Of a stretch of DNA of 35,247 nt, positions 12,346 through 23,942 are shown one piece after another. This DNA comes from Octopus bimaculoides (taxonomy: Eukaryota): the NCBI RefSeq assembly GCF_001194135.2, contig NC_068983.1, positions 26,378,433-26,413,679 of the forward strand, read 5' to 3'. The notes beneath the pieces were generated by a model. It made no database searches. It worked only from the letters and a program-made list of their open reading frames with translations, and was not told the origin of the DNA. Position numbers and translations under genes: made by a program. Every line of letters starts with the position of its first letter. The first letter of the stretch is position 1.

Positions 12346-13379
12346 ATTTATATTTATGCATGCTTTTCTATGAGAAGTAGTTACATCCCGATGGGAATTT
12401 CCGGAACCATATCACATTTTGAAATAGAATTTATATTTTATTTGCGTCGATGTGTGAGGAGAGTCTTGTGTGTGAGATGTCGTGTGCTAGAGTATGGTTA
12501 CTTTCTGTATATTGTTTTATTTATTTACTTGTATTTTGCAACACAATATTTTCTTTATTACAAAGCCGTTATTCCCGTGTTGTGTATGCGGATATATGTG
12601 TTTGATGACGCTAGCAATGAAGTATAGATAATTAAGTGCGTAATTTTTTTTAGAAAAAAACAAGCAATTATATTTTATAGAATAATTTAAATTTTTGTTC
12701 GAGTGGGGTATTGTGTGAAACAGTGTGAGGTGATAGAAATTGAAGTAGCATGAATATTTATTTGTGAAAATGAAATCTATTGATGCATAAAATTTCCTTT
12801 CCATAGTTATTATCACAGCGGTCTTCAAGGCGAAGATTTTCTTCAGGATTGAGACAGTGACAAATGTCGTGTGTTAAGAATTGGAGGTTTTGGCACCAAT
12901 TAATTAGCCTACACAAGAGAGTGTGAAAGAAGCGGCATATAGTTTATGAAATGTAGAAGTGGGAATCACATGATAAGTGTGTATCTATTAAGGAAATAAC
13001 CCAGTGGAGTGAAATTGTTTTTAGCGCAATGGTCATTCATATTCAGGCCTCTAAAGGGCAGAGATGACTCATATGGAGTGCCTAGAGGCGTTCAAATATA
13101 GCTATGCATGTATGTATATAAGTGTATATTTATGTGTGCGTCTGTGTCTATTGTTGTGTTTGTGTGTATGCGTATACGTAGGGAAGCATGTATGTATGTA
13201 TGTATGTATGTATGTATATATATATATATACTTGACAATTGTAAGCACCTGTGTATTCCAGCTAGTGGTTGCGGTGAAAGAATAAATTGTAAATCCCAAA
13301 AATAACAAAACTACAAAGGATTCCGCGGTACACGTGTTTCAAGCTTTACATGTGTATAATATAATATAATATAATATAA

Positions 13380-14059
13380 NNNNNNNNNNNNNNNNNNNNN
13401 NNNNNNNNNNNNNNNNNNNNNNNNNNNNNNNNNNNNNNNNNNNNNNNNNNNNNNNNNNNNNNNNNNNNNNNNNNNNNNNNNNNNNNNNNNNNNNNNNNNN
13501 NNNNNNNNNNNNNNNNNNNNNNNNNNNNNNNNNNNNNNNNNNNNNNNNNNNNNNNNNNNNNNNNNNNNNNNNNNNNNNNNNNNNNNNNNNNNNNNNNNNN
13601 NNNNNNNNNNNNNNNNNNNNNNNNNNNNNNNNNNNNNNNNNNNNNNNNNNNNNNNNNNNNNNNNNNNNNNNNNNNNNNNNNNNNNNNNNNNNNNNNNNNN
13701 NNNNNNNNNNNNNNNNNNNNNNNNNNNNNNNNNNNNNNNNNNNNNNNNNNNNNNNNNNNNNNNNNNNNNNNNNNNNNNNNNNNNNNNNNNNNNNNNNNNN
13801 NNNNNNNNNNNNNNNNNNNNNNNNNNNNNNNNNNNNNNNNNNNNNNNNNNNNNNNNNNNNNNNNNNNNNNNNNNNNNNNNNNNNNNNNNNNNNNNNNNNN
13901 NNNNNNNNNNNNNNNNNNNNNNNNNNNNNNNNNNNNNNNNNNNNNNNNNNNNNNNNNNNNNNNNNNNNNNNNNNNNNNNNNNNNNNNNNNNNNNNNNNNN
14001 NNNNNNNNNNNNNNNNNNNNNNNNNNNNNNNNNNNNNNNNNNNNNNNNNNNNNNNNNNN
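13380..14059. other. Assembly gap (further gaps at 16051-16402, 18539-18614, 20518-20963)
   Basis: N-runs, each flanked by simple repeats. Confidence 0.99.
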
Positions 14060-14089
14060 ATATATATACATAAATAAACAAATAGTAAA

Positions 14090-14540
14090 TGAGTATATGC
14101 ATATATACGTACAGGTATGTGCATACCGACGTCCACCTGTATGTATAGGTGCATATCTGGGTACAGGACATTGCAAACAAAACAGAGACGAGAAAACACG
14201 CAAGCCACATAGAGAACATTCTACTTCATCAGCTACCCCCGTTTTAACACCGGCGTTTCGAAGAGCTGGGCAGGACGCATCGTTAAAACGGCTCTTCCCA
14301 TGGACCGCAAATTAAATTTGAATACACAAATTAAATCTTGCCATGGAGGAATGTAGTGGCGGACAAAAAACAAGACAGGAAAACAAACAGAAAAGGCTTT
14401 ACGGCCAGACGAGTAAAATTATGTGTGCATGAACGCTGTGAGGCACAAACTTGAAAGGGACAGAGTAGTTCGCGTGTTTGCTCGGCGATAGCCAAGGAAG
14501 AAAAGGATTATTGACCGGAAGCATGTGACCATGCCGGTGT
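14090..14540 (-). mobile_element. Interspersed repeat, tentatively a Penelope-like terminal region
   Basis: Microsatellite-flanked, GC-elevated, non-coding. Minus strand has cgaaac followed by a palindrome and a downstream ctgatga, motifs typical of Penelope pLTR hammerheads. The class call is inference. Confidence 0.4.
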
Positions 14541-14542
14541 AA

Positions 14543-14772
14543 GGGGAAGAGAGAGAGTGGTAGAGGGAGAAACAAAGGGAGGAAGTAGAAGAATAGGTGA
14601 GCAACGAGAGGAAAAGAGAAAGAGAGGAAGTACGAGGGGGGAAAAAGAGATACGTAGTAGTAACAGAAGAAGAACGAGAGGGGTAAAGCGAGATACGTAG
14701 TAGTAAAGAGGAAGAACGAGGGGAAGAGAGAGAGTGGTAGAGGGAGAAACAAAGGGAGGAAGTAGAAGAATA
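14543..14772. repeat. Purine-rich block bounded by an exact 53-bp direct repeat
   Basis: ggggaagagagagagtggtagagggagaaacaaagggaggaagtagaagaata at 14543-14595 and 14720-14772; internal gagatacgtagtagtaa occurs twice. Confidence 0.95.
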
Positions 14773-15587
14773 TATATATATATATACATACATACATACA
14801 TACATACGCATGCATGTGCATACAAACACCACACGCACGTATATAAGCCGTAAAAGAATAGGGATTTGGAATCTGGGCAAGTACTTCACTAGTATTCTGA
14901 TATAACCCAGCTTCTGACTACGTTTATCGAATGATAGGATGCACATAATATTGTGTAAAGTAAACATTTACACAATGCACCCTTAAAACTTGTTTATCAC
15001 AGCATTATGCACTCTACATTGACTTTATATTTCAGTCTAACGTAAATGTTTTGAGAGTAACATTGTATTAAAGAAGATTTGTGCATGTATATCTATACAT
15101 TCTTTCGTTATGATGTACTGAATTTCGTCTCAGCATGTGCTGTTTAAATATTTGGAGTGGATAAAAGCTTTTCAGCTTATATAAAGCAAGTCGTTAGAAG
15201 TCACTGGCTAGGGGTTGTAATATATGCTTTAAAATATTACTTTAAGATTGAAATATTATATATGAAATTTATGAAAATATGTGTTCGTATGATATATTTG
15301 GGACATTGCCATCATGTTTTTTGTTGCCAAGAAATATCTTAAGAAGCAAGTGAATATTTTAGAGGAAATTTTCACTCTGGGGATTTAATGTTCTTCATAG
15401 TTCACTTAACAAATTGTTCGTTGATAGTCACATCCAGCGCCAACTTGTCCATATAAACTTTTGTTATCCCACATGTAATTTTGAACCTTTTGTTTTTCAT
15501 TCATATAACTCGACTTTTTAAATGAATGAACTGTTTTTTTTATTTCAATAATAATATCAATGTGAGTTTCTCTGCCATCGGTGTCAG

Positions 15588-15760
15588 AAAGACCCGCTGC
15601 AAGAAACTGAAACACAACTGATGGAAGAAGAAACAAAAAAACAGGATAATGATGATAGATCTAAGACATTGGGTGCATGTACACTCGTAATACTAGAAGA
15701 TACTTGTATACAATCCGATGGAATGACAACGAGAATCTCTGTAGAAACAAAGTCAGCTAC
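15588..15760 (+). CDS. Candidate 173-nt exon (acidic, disordered-looking peptide), unknown gene
   Basis: Acceptor tttctctgccatcggtgtcag, donor AC|gtgagc. Open frame KDPLQETETQLMEEETKKQDNDDRSKTLGACTLVILEDTCIQSDGMTTRISVETKSA. Confidence 0.3.
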
Positions 15761-16018
15761 GTGAGCTGACAATTTTCTGTGCGTCGATATATGTTCCACA
15801 CGATTTCCTCTTAGAAAGTGGATAATAATATGACACAAAAGATAGGCATCATCTATGAATACTTCTCAAACACTCGGTGGCTTGGAAACTGCACCTAATT
15901 CCGATGCGTTTATTAGCATACTCGCTCACCTACGTGACATTTGTGTATATACACAAATACACGCTCACTAATGTTATGTATGTATGTACCTGTTTATATT
16001 AAATTTTATTATATTATG

Positions 16019-16050
<32 letters not shown>

Positions 16051-16973
16051 NNNNNNNNNNNNNNNNNNNNNNNNNNNNNNNNNNNNNNNNNNNNNNNNNN
16101 NNNNNNNNNNNNNNNNNNNNNNNNNNNNNNNNNNNNNNNNNNNNNNNNNNNNNNNNNNNNNNNNNNNNNNNNNNNNNNNNNNNNNNNNNNNNNNNNNNNN
16201 NNNNNNNNNNNNNNNNNNNNNNNNNNNNNNNNNNNNNNNNNNNNNNNNNNNNNNNNNNNNNNNNNNNNNNNNNNNNNNNNNNNNNNNNNNNNNNNNNNNN
16301 NNNNNNNNNNNNNNNNNNNNNNNNNNNNNNNNNNNNNNNNNNNNNNNNNNNNNNNNNNNNNNNNNNNNNNNNNNNNNNNNNNNNNNNNNNNNNNNNNNNN
16401 NNATAATATTAACGCATATCACACCGTTTGGAAGAGACTGCCAAACAGGTAATTAACCGCCCAATCGATTATGCTCGAAAGCTAGTTTGATAAATATTTC
16501 TTACGCAATAAAATCAAAGTGTTTTCTACAATATCGGGGTTTCAAAAATTACTTCATGAGACATATCTTTTTCGGAACCTGGCCACCTTTGATTTCATCT
16601 CTAAGAAACAGATTCCATGCAATTCCTCACTTCCATACAGATTGCCAGCTAAACCTTTCTAACGATTTTTTGGCGAATGCTTTCATTACTTCACATACAT
16701 ATATCCTTAACGTGTTCTCTTCAAAATCAAACACATGCACTTATGCCAAAAATGAATATGAAACTACAGATCTTGTCTATCTATCATCACTGCCAAGCCC
16801 AGAGAAGCGTTCAACAGTTTTCCCCCACACTCTTTCTTTTTTATATCCCATGATTGTGGTTTCGATTCTTTGACTGGAAGGAAGTTATGGTCTTGAGAAA
16901 TACACGTCGTTTCATGTTTGCTCCTGTGTACTCAGTTGCGAACGAATAAGTCTGCAACGGACTGGCATTGTGT

Positions 16974-17044
16974 TCAGACGGGTATTCTCTCTCGAATCAG
17001 ACGGGTGTTCTCTCTCGAATCCATTAGGATTCGAGAGAGAACAC
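16974..17044. repeat. 23-bp tandem duplication overlapping a perfect 18-bp-stem hairpin
   Basis: tcagacgggt(a/g)ttctctctcgaa twice (16974-17019); gtgttctctctcgaatcc-atta-ggattcgagagagaacac (17005-17044). Confidence 0.95.
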
Positions 17045-17294
17045 ACTTCTCTCTATAAAATTTACTGAGAGAAATTATATCAATTGTGCATGTTCATCTT
17101 TAAAAATGTTTGTAACTAATATATTCAATGTTATACAGTCGACGGATATTCCAATGCTTTAATATTATAATCTAAGTGACTACGTAGGAATTGAAAATCT
17201 ACGAAAATACGCGAATTTAATTGTTCGAGCAGTTTGAAATAGAAATTAATCGCCATCAAACCAAAATACATGTTAAAAGAGCATGACACAATTG

Positions 17295-17338
<44 letters not shown>
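17295..17338. repeat. (GATA)11 microsatellite
   Basis: Direct reading; it abuts the truncation point of the Tc1 fragment. Confidence 0.95.
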
Positions 17339-17339
<1 letters not shown>

Positions 17340-17747
17340 GTTCTGACTCCACTCTAAACGTTTTGCAACGTTTGTTTTTTAAAGTAGTGGTTTTCTGATT
17401 GCAGCCCTCTCGTGAAATCTGGCTTTGTGCAACTCCCGGCGAACAATTTCTGTCAAATCTAGGTTCTCGAGGTGGTCATTAAGCTCTGCAGTAATTGTGG
17501 GATCTGTACTTTTGTGATCCTTTCTAACAATCCACATAAGATTTCGACGGTCCCTATCTGAAAGTTTTGGTTTTCTTCAGGAGTTTTGTTTCGACGGGGT
17601 GGTTTTTCACTCCTTCTCAAAGGCTGTCATTACTTTCGAGACAGTACTTCTTGAAACACCAAATATTTCGGCTGTTTTCATTACGCTAGCGCCTGCCATA
17701 CGAGCACCAATAATTTGACCTCTTTGAAAGTCCGATAGGACTGTCAT
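17337..17747 (-). pseudogene. Tc1-like transposase, N-terminal (paired/HTH) fragment with three in-frame stops
   Basis: MTVLSDFQRGQIIGARMAGASVMKTAEIFGVSRSTVSKVMTAFEKE*KTTPSKQNS*RKPKLSDRDRRNLMWIVRKDHKST...VRRELHKARFHERAAIRKPLL*KTNVAKRLEW; no frameshift, DDE domain absent. Confidence 0.92.
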
Positions 17748-17970
17748 TTTAATGAATATTAATTACCTTTTTCTGATGATATTTGAAAAGAAACAGCAAT
17801 TTCGGAAAAACATATTAAGCAACGCTACTAATAAATTTTAAAAAAAACATAAAAATAAACAAGCTTTTTGGCGGTTTTATCGATATTTCAAAATTATGGT
17901 GCTATGATGCTAGGTGATTCCATTATTTTGTCCAACTACTCTATATATATTTGTGTTGTGTGTTTCTTCG

Positions 17971-18110
17971 TGTTGGGTTTGCCTCCCGTCACTACCTTAC
18001 GACTGGTGTGTGTATGTTTACGTCCCCATAACTTAACGTTTCGACAAAAGGGGCCGATAGCATATGTACCAGGCTTGAAAATAAGAACTGGGGTGGATTC
18101 ATACGACTAA
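17971..18110 (+). mobile_element. Fragment of a second octopus-type SINE (3' part)
   Basis: tgtttacgtccccataacttaacgtttcgacaaaaggggccgatagcat...ctggggtggattcatacgactaa; the tail resembles that of the main SINE. Confidence 0.65.
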
Positions 18111-18467
18111 TCTTCTTCATATTGCTCGAATGTGTGTATCTTTTTTGTGAATCTAAATGGCTTAAGAAAAATGCATCATCGTTATGATATTTAAAAGATT
18201 GTGCTTGATAGAAAAGACTTCTTCACATTTTCGCTTCAAAGTTTGATCCATATATCTTAGAATATGCTAGAGTTCATTAGCACAAAATTGGCAAGGCTTA
18301 TTTTTGTCTTGGTGTGGATGCGTGTGAGTATTTTTCCAATTGATGCTACACGGAGAAATTTTTGGTGTTAAATGCCAAAATGGGTTGTATCATTGTATTT
18401 GTTTGGGTGGCGAAAATTGTGCAGTCAGTAATATTCTTGTTTAAAAATTACACAAGCACACACACAC

Positions 18468-18508
<41 letters not shown>

Positions 18509-19585
18509 GCGCACATACACATACACACACTTATATATNNNNNNNNNNNNNNNNNNNNNNNNNNNNNNNNNNNNNNNNNNNNNNNNNNNNNNNNNNNNNN
18601 NNNNNNNNNNNNNNATATATACAGAGAAAGCGAAAGAGAGAGAGAGAGAGAGAAAGAGAGGCAAAGGAATAATGGATGAGGGACATATATTTAAGATAAA
18701 TTTTTGTACGGCTAAGTAAATGTTTTCTGTATTACTTTCGCATAGCTTCATTTACAAATCGTTTAAAGTATACAGATAATTGTTATGATGTCTATTATAG
18801 AGTTGTATATAAAGTGCTTTATAATTGAATTAAATTACGTTTATTATGGCGAAAATACAATGTAAGGAATCTTTCTCGAGAACAGATTGATACATTCGAT
18901 CTATTAAAATAAGCTGTTTGGACGTAATTGCAGTCAAAAGGTCTTTCTGTAAATTATTCCAATTGTCAGTTCTTCAATGAGATTTCTAAGCTCTGATATA
19001 TCACTAAATGAGTTTTAAATTCCTTTTTGTTTGTACGACTTCACAAATATTAGCAAAATACCACGTAGAACTTGTAATAGTAATTATTACGATGATAATG
19101 TATAAGGGAGATATGGAACACCTGAAGCGTTTCATTATAATTACTTCATAATTAAATTTCTAAGAATAAAATTCGTTTTCTACACTTTGTTTTAGGTCAT
19201 TAATAAATGGATAAAAATATAGTTAATTTGTCATATAGTAAATATATTGATTCTACGTTGGAATTAGTTAAGATTTTCACTCTGTTTCACGTTGAAATCA
19301 GTCTTGAATTGATATATACCAGAAGAGTGAAAATTATTTAATAATGATTCAGCAATTTGTTGCTTGTAATTTTAGTCCCTGTTCTGTTATGATCAAAAAG
19401 AGATATGTTGAAAACTGCTTCAGTTATGACCGACTCCAAATTTTATATATCTTGGACTACTTTACCAAACCTATCATTATTATTTAAGCAGAGTTTTATT
19501 GAGTAAAAGATGCTGCTATTTCTGACATCTTTGGGTGAACGGAAATAGAAAGAGTTCCTCGAAATGTATTGCATTTTATGCACAG

Positions 19586-19618
19586 TATGTAAAGAAATGT
19601 AAGCGTTCGACCCAAGAG
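19586..19618 (+). CDS. Candidate 33-nt exon
   Basis: ttttatgcacag|TATGTAAAGAAATGTAAGCGTTCGACCCAAGAG|gtaagc, reading YVKKCKRSTQE. Splice signals only. Confidence 0.2.
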
Positions 19619-20449
19619 GTAAGCGCAGATTTATGTAAATGAGGAGAATTATAGGAGACAAAACGATATTACGGAACAACAAACTAATTCTATCAATTTG
19701 AACGTAACTTTTGTCGTGACATCAACTCACATCAAAGTAATATGGGAAATTAGTATTAATAAATAAAAAGAATGATAAAGTGGCGATAATCATAGAAAAC
19801 CTTTATATATAGAATGCAGTGTTTAGTTGGATGCTTTTAATTGGTGCGTGGAAACCGCTACAAATTTTAATGATTTTTGTTCTGACATGATTATAAAGAA
19901 ATACGTTATGGATAGTAAGCATGTTTAGTAGATTCAATTGGCTAAAGTTGAAAACGTTTTCATAATATGCTTTGTGTTGGAATTTTATATTCCTCATATT
20001 TTATACTTCGGTGATTTTCATAAAAGAAACTTGACAATGAGCACAAAACACATGTGAAATTCTTTTACTGATGTTTATGTTTTACTTTCGTGGTAATGCT
20101 TGTTAAATAAAACAATTACAAACATATTATTGGCTGTTAATCCTTTATCTCAACAAATTTGGTGCCGTCACTCGCGTAAATAATTATGATAGCAATGTTA
20201 AATCTGTCACAATACAGTTATATTAAATTCAATCAAAAGCGTTATTTCAGGAAGTATACTCCAAGAGGTTCGCAAAATTTGGCTACACTGATATTCAGAA
20301 TATATATGGTTGCCAACTATTGAAACTATGTTACGCAATTTTGCACAGTCAACTACATTTCGACTTTATCTATATCTCAATATGTCATTATCCCATTCAT
20401 ATATCCCAGTCTTTGTAAGCGTTCTCTCTCTCTCACGCACACACACACA

Positions 20450-20517
<68 letters not shown>

Positions 20518-21526
20518 NNNNNNNNNNNNNNNNNNNNNNNNNNNNNNNNNNNNNNNNNNNNNNNNNNNNNNNNNNNNNNNNNNNNNNNNNNNNNNNNNNN
20601 NNNNNNNNNNNNNNNNNNNNNNNNNNNNNNNNNNNNNNNNNNNNNNNNNNNNNNNNNNNNNNNNNNNNNNNNNNNNNNNNNNNNNNNNNNNNNNNNNNNN
20701 NNNNNNNNNNNNNNNNNNNNNNNNNNNNNNNNNNNNNNNNNNNNNNNNNNNNNNNNNNNNNNNNNNNNNNNNNNNNNNNNNNNNNNNNNNNNNNNNNNNN
20801 NNNNNNNNNNNNNNNNNNNNNNNNNNNNNNNNNNNNNNNNNNNNNNNNNNNNNNNNNNNNNNNNNNNNNNNNNNNNNNNNNNNNNNNNNNNNNNNNNNNN
20901 NNNNNNNNNNNNNNNNNNNNNNNNNNNNNNNNNNNNNNNNNNNNNNNNNNNNNNNNNNNNNNNTCTCTCTCTCTCTCTGTCTCTCTGTATATATATATAT
21001 ATATAATTTACCTCTTTTTACCAAAAATGTAACGTGTATTCATACAACATTAATTCATTTTCTGCACTAGACAGATGACATTCTCCCCTTAAACTGATGC
21101 AGGTAACGTAACATTACTTCTATATTCTCTAATTTCTATAAAAGAATTGTAAAATATCTTTTCGTACTTTAAAATTGCAAACAATAAATCAACGGTCTTA
21201 ACAAATAGAAATTCGCATACACCTTGTCTCCTTACATAACGTACTGTTTCAAATATCCTTTCAAATATGACATACTTTATAATCCAAACAAGGCCGATCT
21301 TACATTCCATTAACTTTGTTAGAAACAGCTAACTTCCATTGTTCAATACATAATATAGTCACCTCTCAAGAAACGTTGCGTATAGTTGTTTTAATTTTAC
21401 ATCTATGTTATACAAATAACAATTTTAGAAAGTTTTATACAAGGTATAACTTTATAATTTTATTATGCATTTTCGTGCAATTGAATTTTATTCCTGTTAG
21501 TTTTCATAATATATAGCTCATGAGAT

Positions 21527-22589
21527 CTATTCCATTTCAATCACAAATCTTTTAAATTATTAGTTTTTCTAACTAAAGAGTTTGACACTTCGAATACTGG
21601 TAGGATTTCTCCCGTAGAACACGGTTTACTCAAAACGTTTTTGACAAGAATTCTTATTTTAGAAGTTATTTCGTGTTAAAGTTGTCGTATTTGGGTAATT
21701 AAGTTCAACCAATCAATGACGTGTATTAGATTGAAGAAATGTACTGCTGTTTGCGATTGTAATCGAAGAGGGACAACTTCTGGGTCATGTCTACTAAATG
21801 TCACCACTCCGTTCACAGAATGTACACCACCAAAGAATCAACACAAAAAAAGGAAGAAATACTATTTATATATATTTATTCGTTCGCCCAACATCGGTGT
21901 TTTATCTACACATTAAAGCGCGCCGGTGTTAAAAAAAAACAACAAAATTATAGAAGAATGAGTCCACAGCTAGCTTTTTTGTTGTAGTCGTGTATGTAGT
22001 TTCAAAATGCCTTATTTTACAGCTATGAGATGTATTGTTTTTGTACTGATTTTATCTTACTATGATCAACAACAAACACATTTCGTAAATAGAAAAGTCT
22101 TTATTAGACTGAAAGTAGCATTATCAAAACATGAAGGTAAAATAAAACAAATAGCGGCTTATACACCAGAAAATATGGTAATTGTAGTAGCAGTGACGAG
22201 TTCGCTCGCTAGTTGATAGTATAGAAGGGAGAGGGAAAGAGTAAGGAATGCACGGTGCTGACTAAAAAGGAAGAAAAGATAAAGGTGGCATCGTGTTTTC
22301 TCAAATAGAACAAAGTGGTGACATTTAGTACAGATGACCCGGAACTTGTACCACTTCGATTACTATCGCAAACAGCAGTAAGTTTCTTCAAACCGAATAC
22401 ACGACGTTGATTGGTTGAAATTACCCAGATAAGGCAATTTTAACACGAAATAAATTTCGAAATAAGAATTTTTGTGAAAAATGTTCAGAGTAAACCGTGT
22501 TCTACGCGGGAAATTCTACCATTATTCGAAGTTTCAAACGCTTTAGTTGAAAAATATTAATTAAAAAATCTGTGATTGAGATGGAATAG
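21527..22589. mobile_element. Foldback/long-TIR non-autonomous element (~1.06 kb)
   Basis: 21527-21814 is an imperfect inverted repeat of 22308-22589, e.g. exact 19-mer cgtagaacacggtttactc (21613-21631) versus gagtaaaccgtgttctacg (22488-22506). The ~490 bp spacer is non-coding. Confidence 0.9.
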
Positions 22590-22779
22590 GTCCGGCTAAT
22601 GTATGTATGTGAAAATGTGTATACACACATACACACATATGTGTATGCGAGCGAATGTGTGTGTGTGAGTGTGATGATTACTTGGTATTTGCATGAGTCT
22701 ACATATATACATATCTCTATATAAATACACACTCGCGTGCACGCGCACCCACTCTCACACACAAGCACGCATACACACA

Positions 22780-22815
<36 letters not shown>

Positions 22816-23034
22816 GACAGACATACACACATATCACACATGTATACATTTGCATATATACTTATTACACACACAAATTCTTCTGTCAAATTAATGCACG
22901 GGTGGGTGTATTAACTGAAATATGTCGCCCACGTTTTGCATGTTGTTAAAATATCACTTTTTCTATATCAGTTTCTACTTTCTTTTTCATTACTGGCAGA
23001 TCATAATTTACAGCCACATTTATGCCATCATTGA

Positions 23035-23942
23035 GTTTTTGAAGACGGAAAAATACAAGTGTTTGACATCCACAGGGGGCAACAATTTCTTGTTTGTTTT
23101 GCGGATAACCCAATTGGGAAGAGAAAGGAATATGAATAGGTGAATGCAGAATGTTAATGAAGAGGAAACCGGCATTGAATTAAAACCACGAAGCGGGTGT
23201 GGTGTAATCAACAATGACTACTAATACCAATTTCGAGCGAGCTAAGAAATTAATTTAAAACTGAGCTTGTACTAATTTACTGTGATCGCAAGCCCTTAGA
23301 AAATGGTCGAATCCTGTGGGCGTCACACGTAGACTGCTGATAGCTGATTTAAAGGAGAGAAGTGTGAAATTCTCCTTGAATATGTTGGATCATTTGAAGC
23401 TAAAGATGATATTATTTAGGTGTGTCGACAAAGGATAGAACTTGGCCTTGTCCTTATAATCCGGATGCAAATCTCAGTAACTGGAATGGCGTAGCCTATT
23501 TTCTTCAAAGCCTACGATGTACTATCTCCTACGTGTAACACAAGTAATCGAAGCGATGGAATTTAGGGAGGAATATGGTATTATTCTCTTTGATGTTCTG
23601 CTGTGAATGTTGAGCTATATTTAAGACACTCAGAATGATTAGGAAGACCGTTTCCATTAATCTCAAAATTACCCATGAAATTTGTTCAATAGAAATCACG
23701 TCCTCAGATAAGGGCGATGGTCAGCAGGTCTCTATTGACAACACAGCCCCTCTGGTTTCCACCTGTTCAGTTCAATCAAGGGCAGTCTTGTTGCCAACAA
23801 TGACGCAGGTGATGTGAATATAGCTGTGAAGAAGTGGATACAGAGGTCTCACTGTAATTTTCTTTCTAATAGGATTCTAGTGTTGGTTGAACGATTATCC
23901 AAATATGTCAGCAATTTGAATTATCTATCTGATAATAAATAA
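23035..23942 (+). pseudogene. Heavily decayed mariner (DD34D-type) transposase
   Basis: Mariner-like motifs in the expected order across shifted frames: VFEDGKIQVFDIHRG (23035; cf. F..G...V.D..RSGRP), VTRRLLIADLKERSVKFSLNML (~23325; cf. WVPRLLT.DQK.RR), NWNGVAYF (23479; cf. WD..GV.YF), HSPSGFHLFSSIKG...ILVLVERLSKY..* (23742-23942; cf. LAPSDFHLF...LVERW.KC). Confidence 0.7.

Noticed and set aside
13325-13345. Minus-strand gaaacacgtgta (GAAA, palindrome, GUA), hammerhead-like half
   Set aside because: No CUGANGA in the sequenced flank before the gap; a short motif that could be chance.
14226-14297. Canonical hammerhead ribozyme
   Set aside because: CUGAUGA is not upstream of stem II and no stem I can be formed. 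Kept only as a tentative variant.
14399-14967. Three overlapping minus-strand ORFs with repeated peptides
   Set aside because: Produced by the stop-poor polypyrimidine strand and the 53-bp direct repeat.
16487-16873. 128-aa ORF, and RNLATFDF in another frame resembling mariner PDLAPSDF
   Set aside because: Only one weak motif with no colinear support; the ORF has no recognisable features.
16974-17044. CRISPR-like repeat or intrinsic terminator
   Set aside because: Eukaryotic context, no spacers, only two direct copies and no U-tract.
23635-23817. ORF with EITSSDKG...DNTAP, superficially cadherin-like
   Set aside because: No proper DxNDN/LDRE/PxF motifs, and another frame of the same DNA matches the mariner C-terminus much better.
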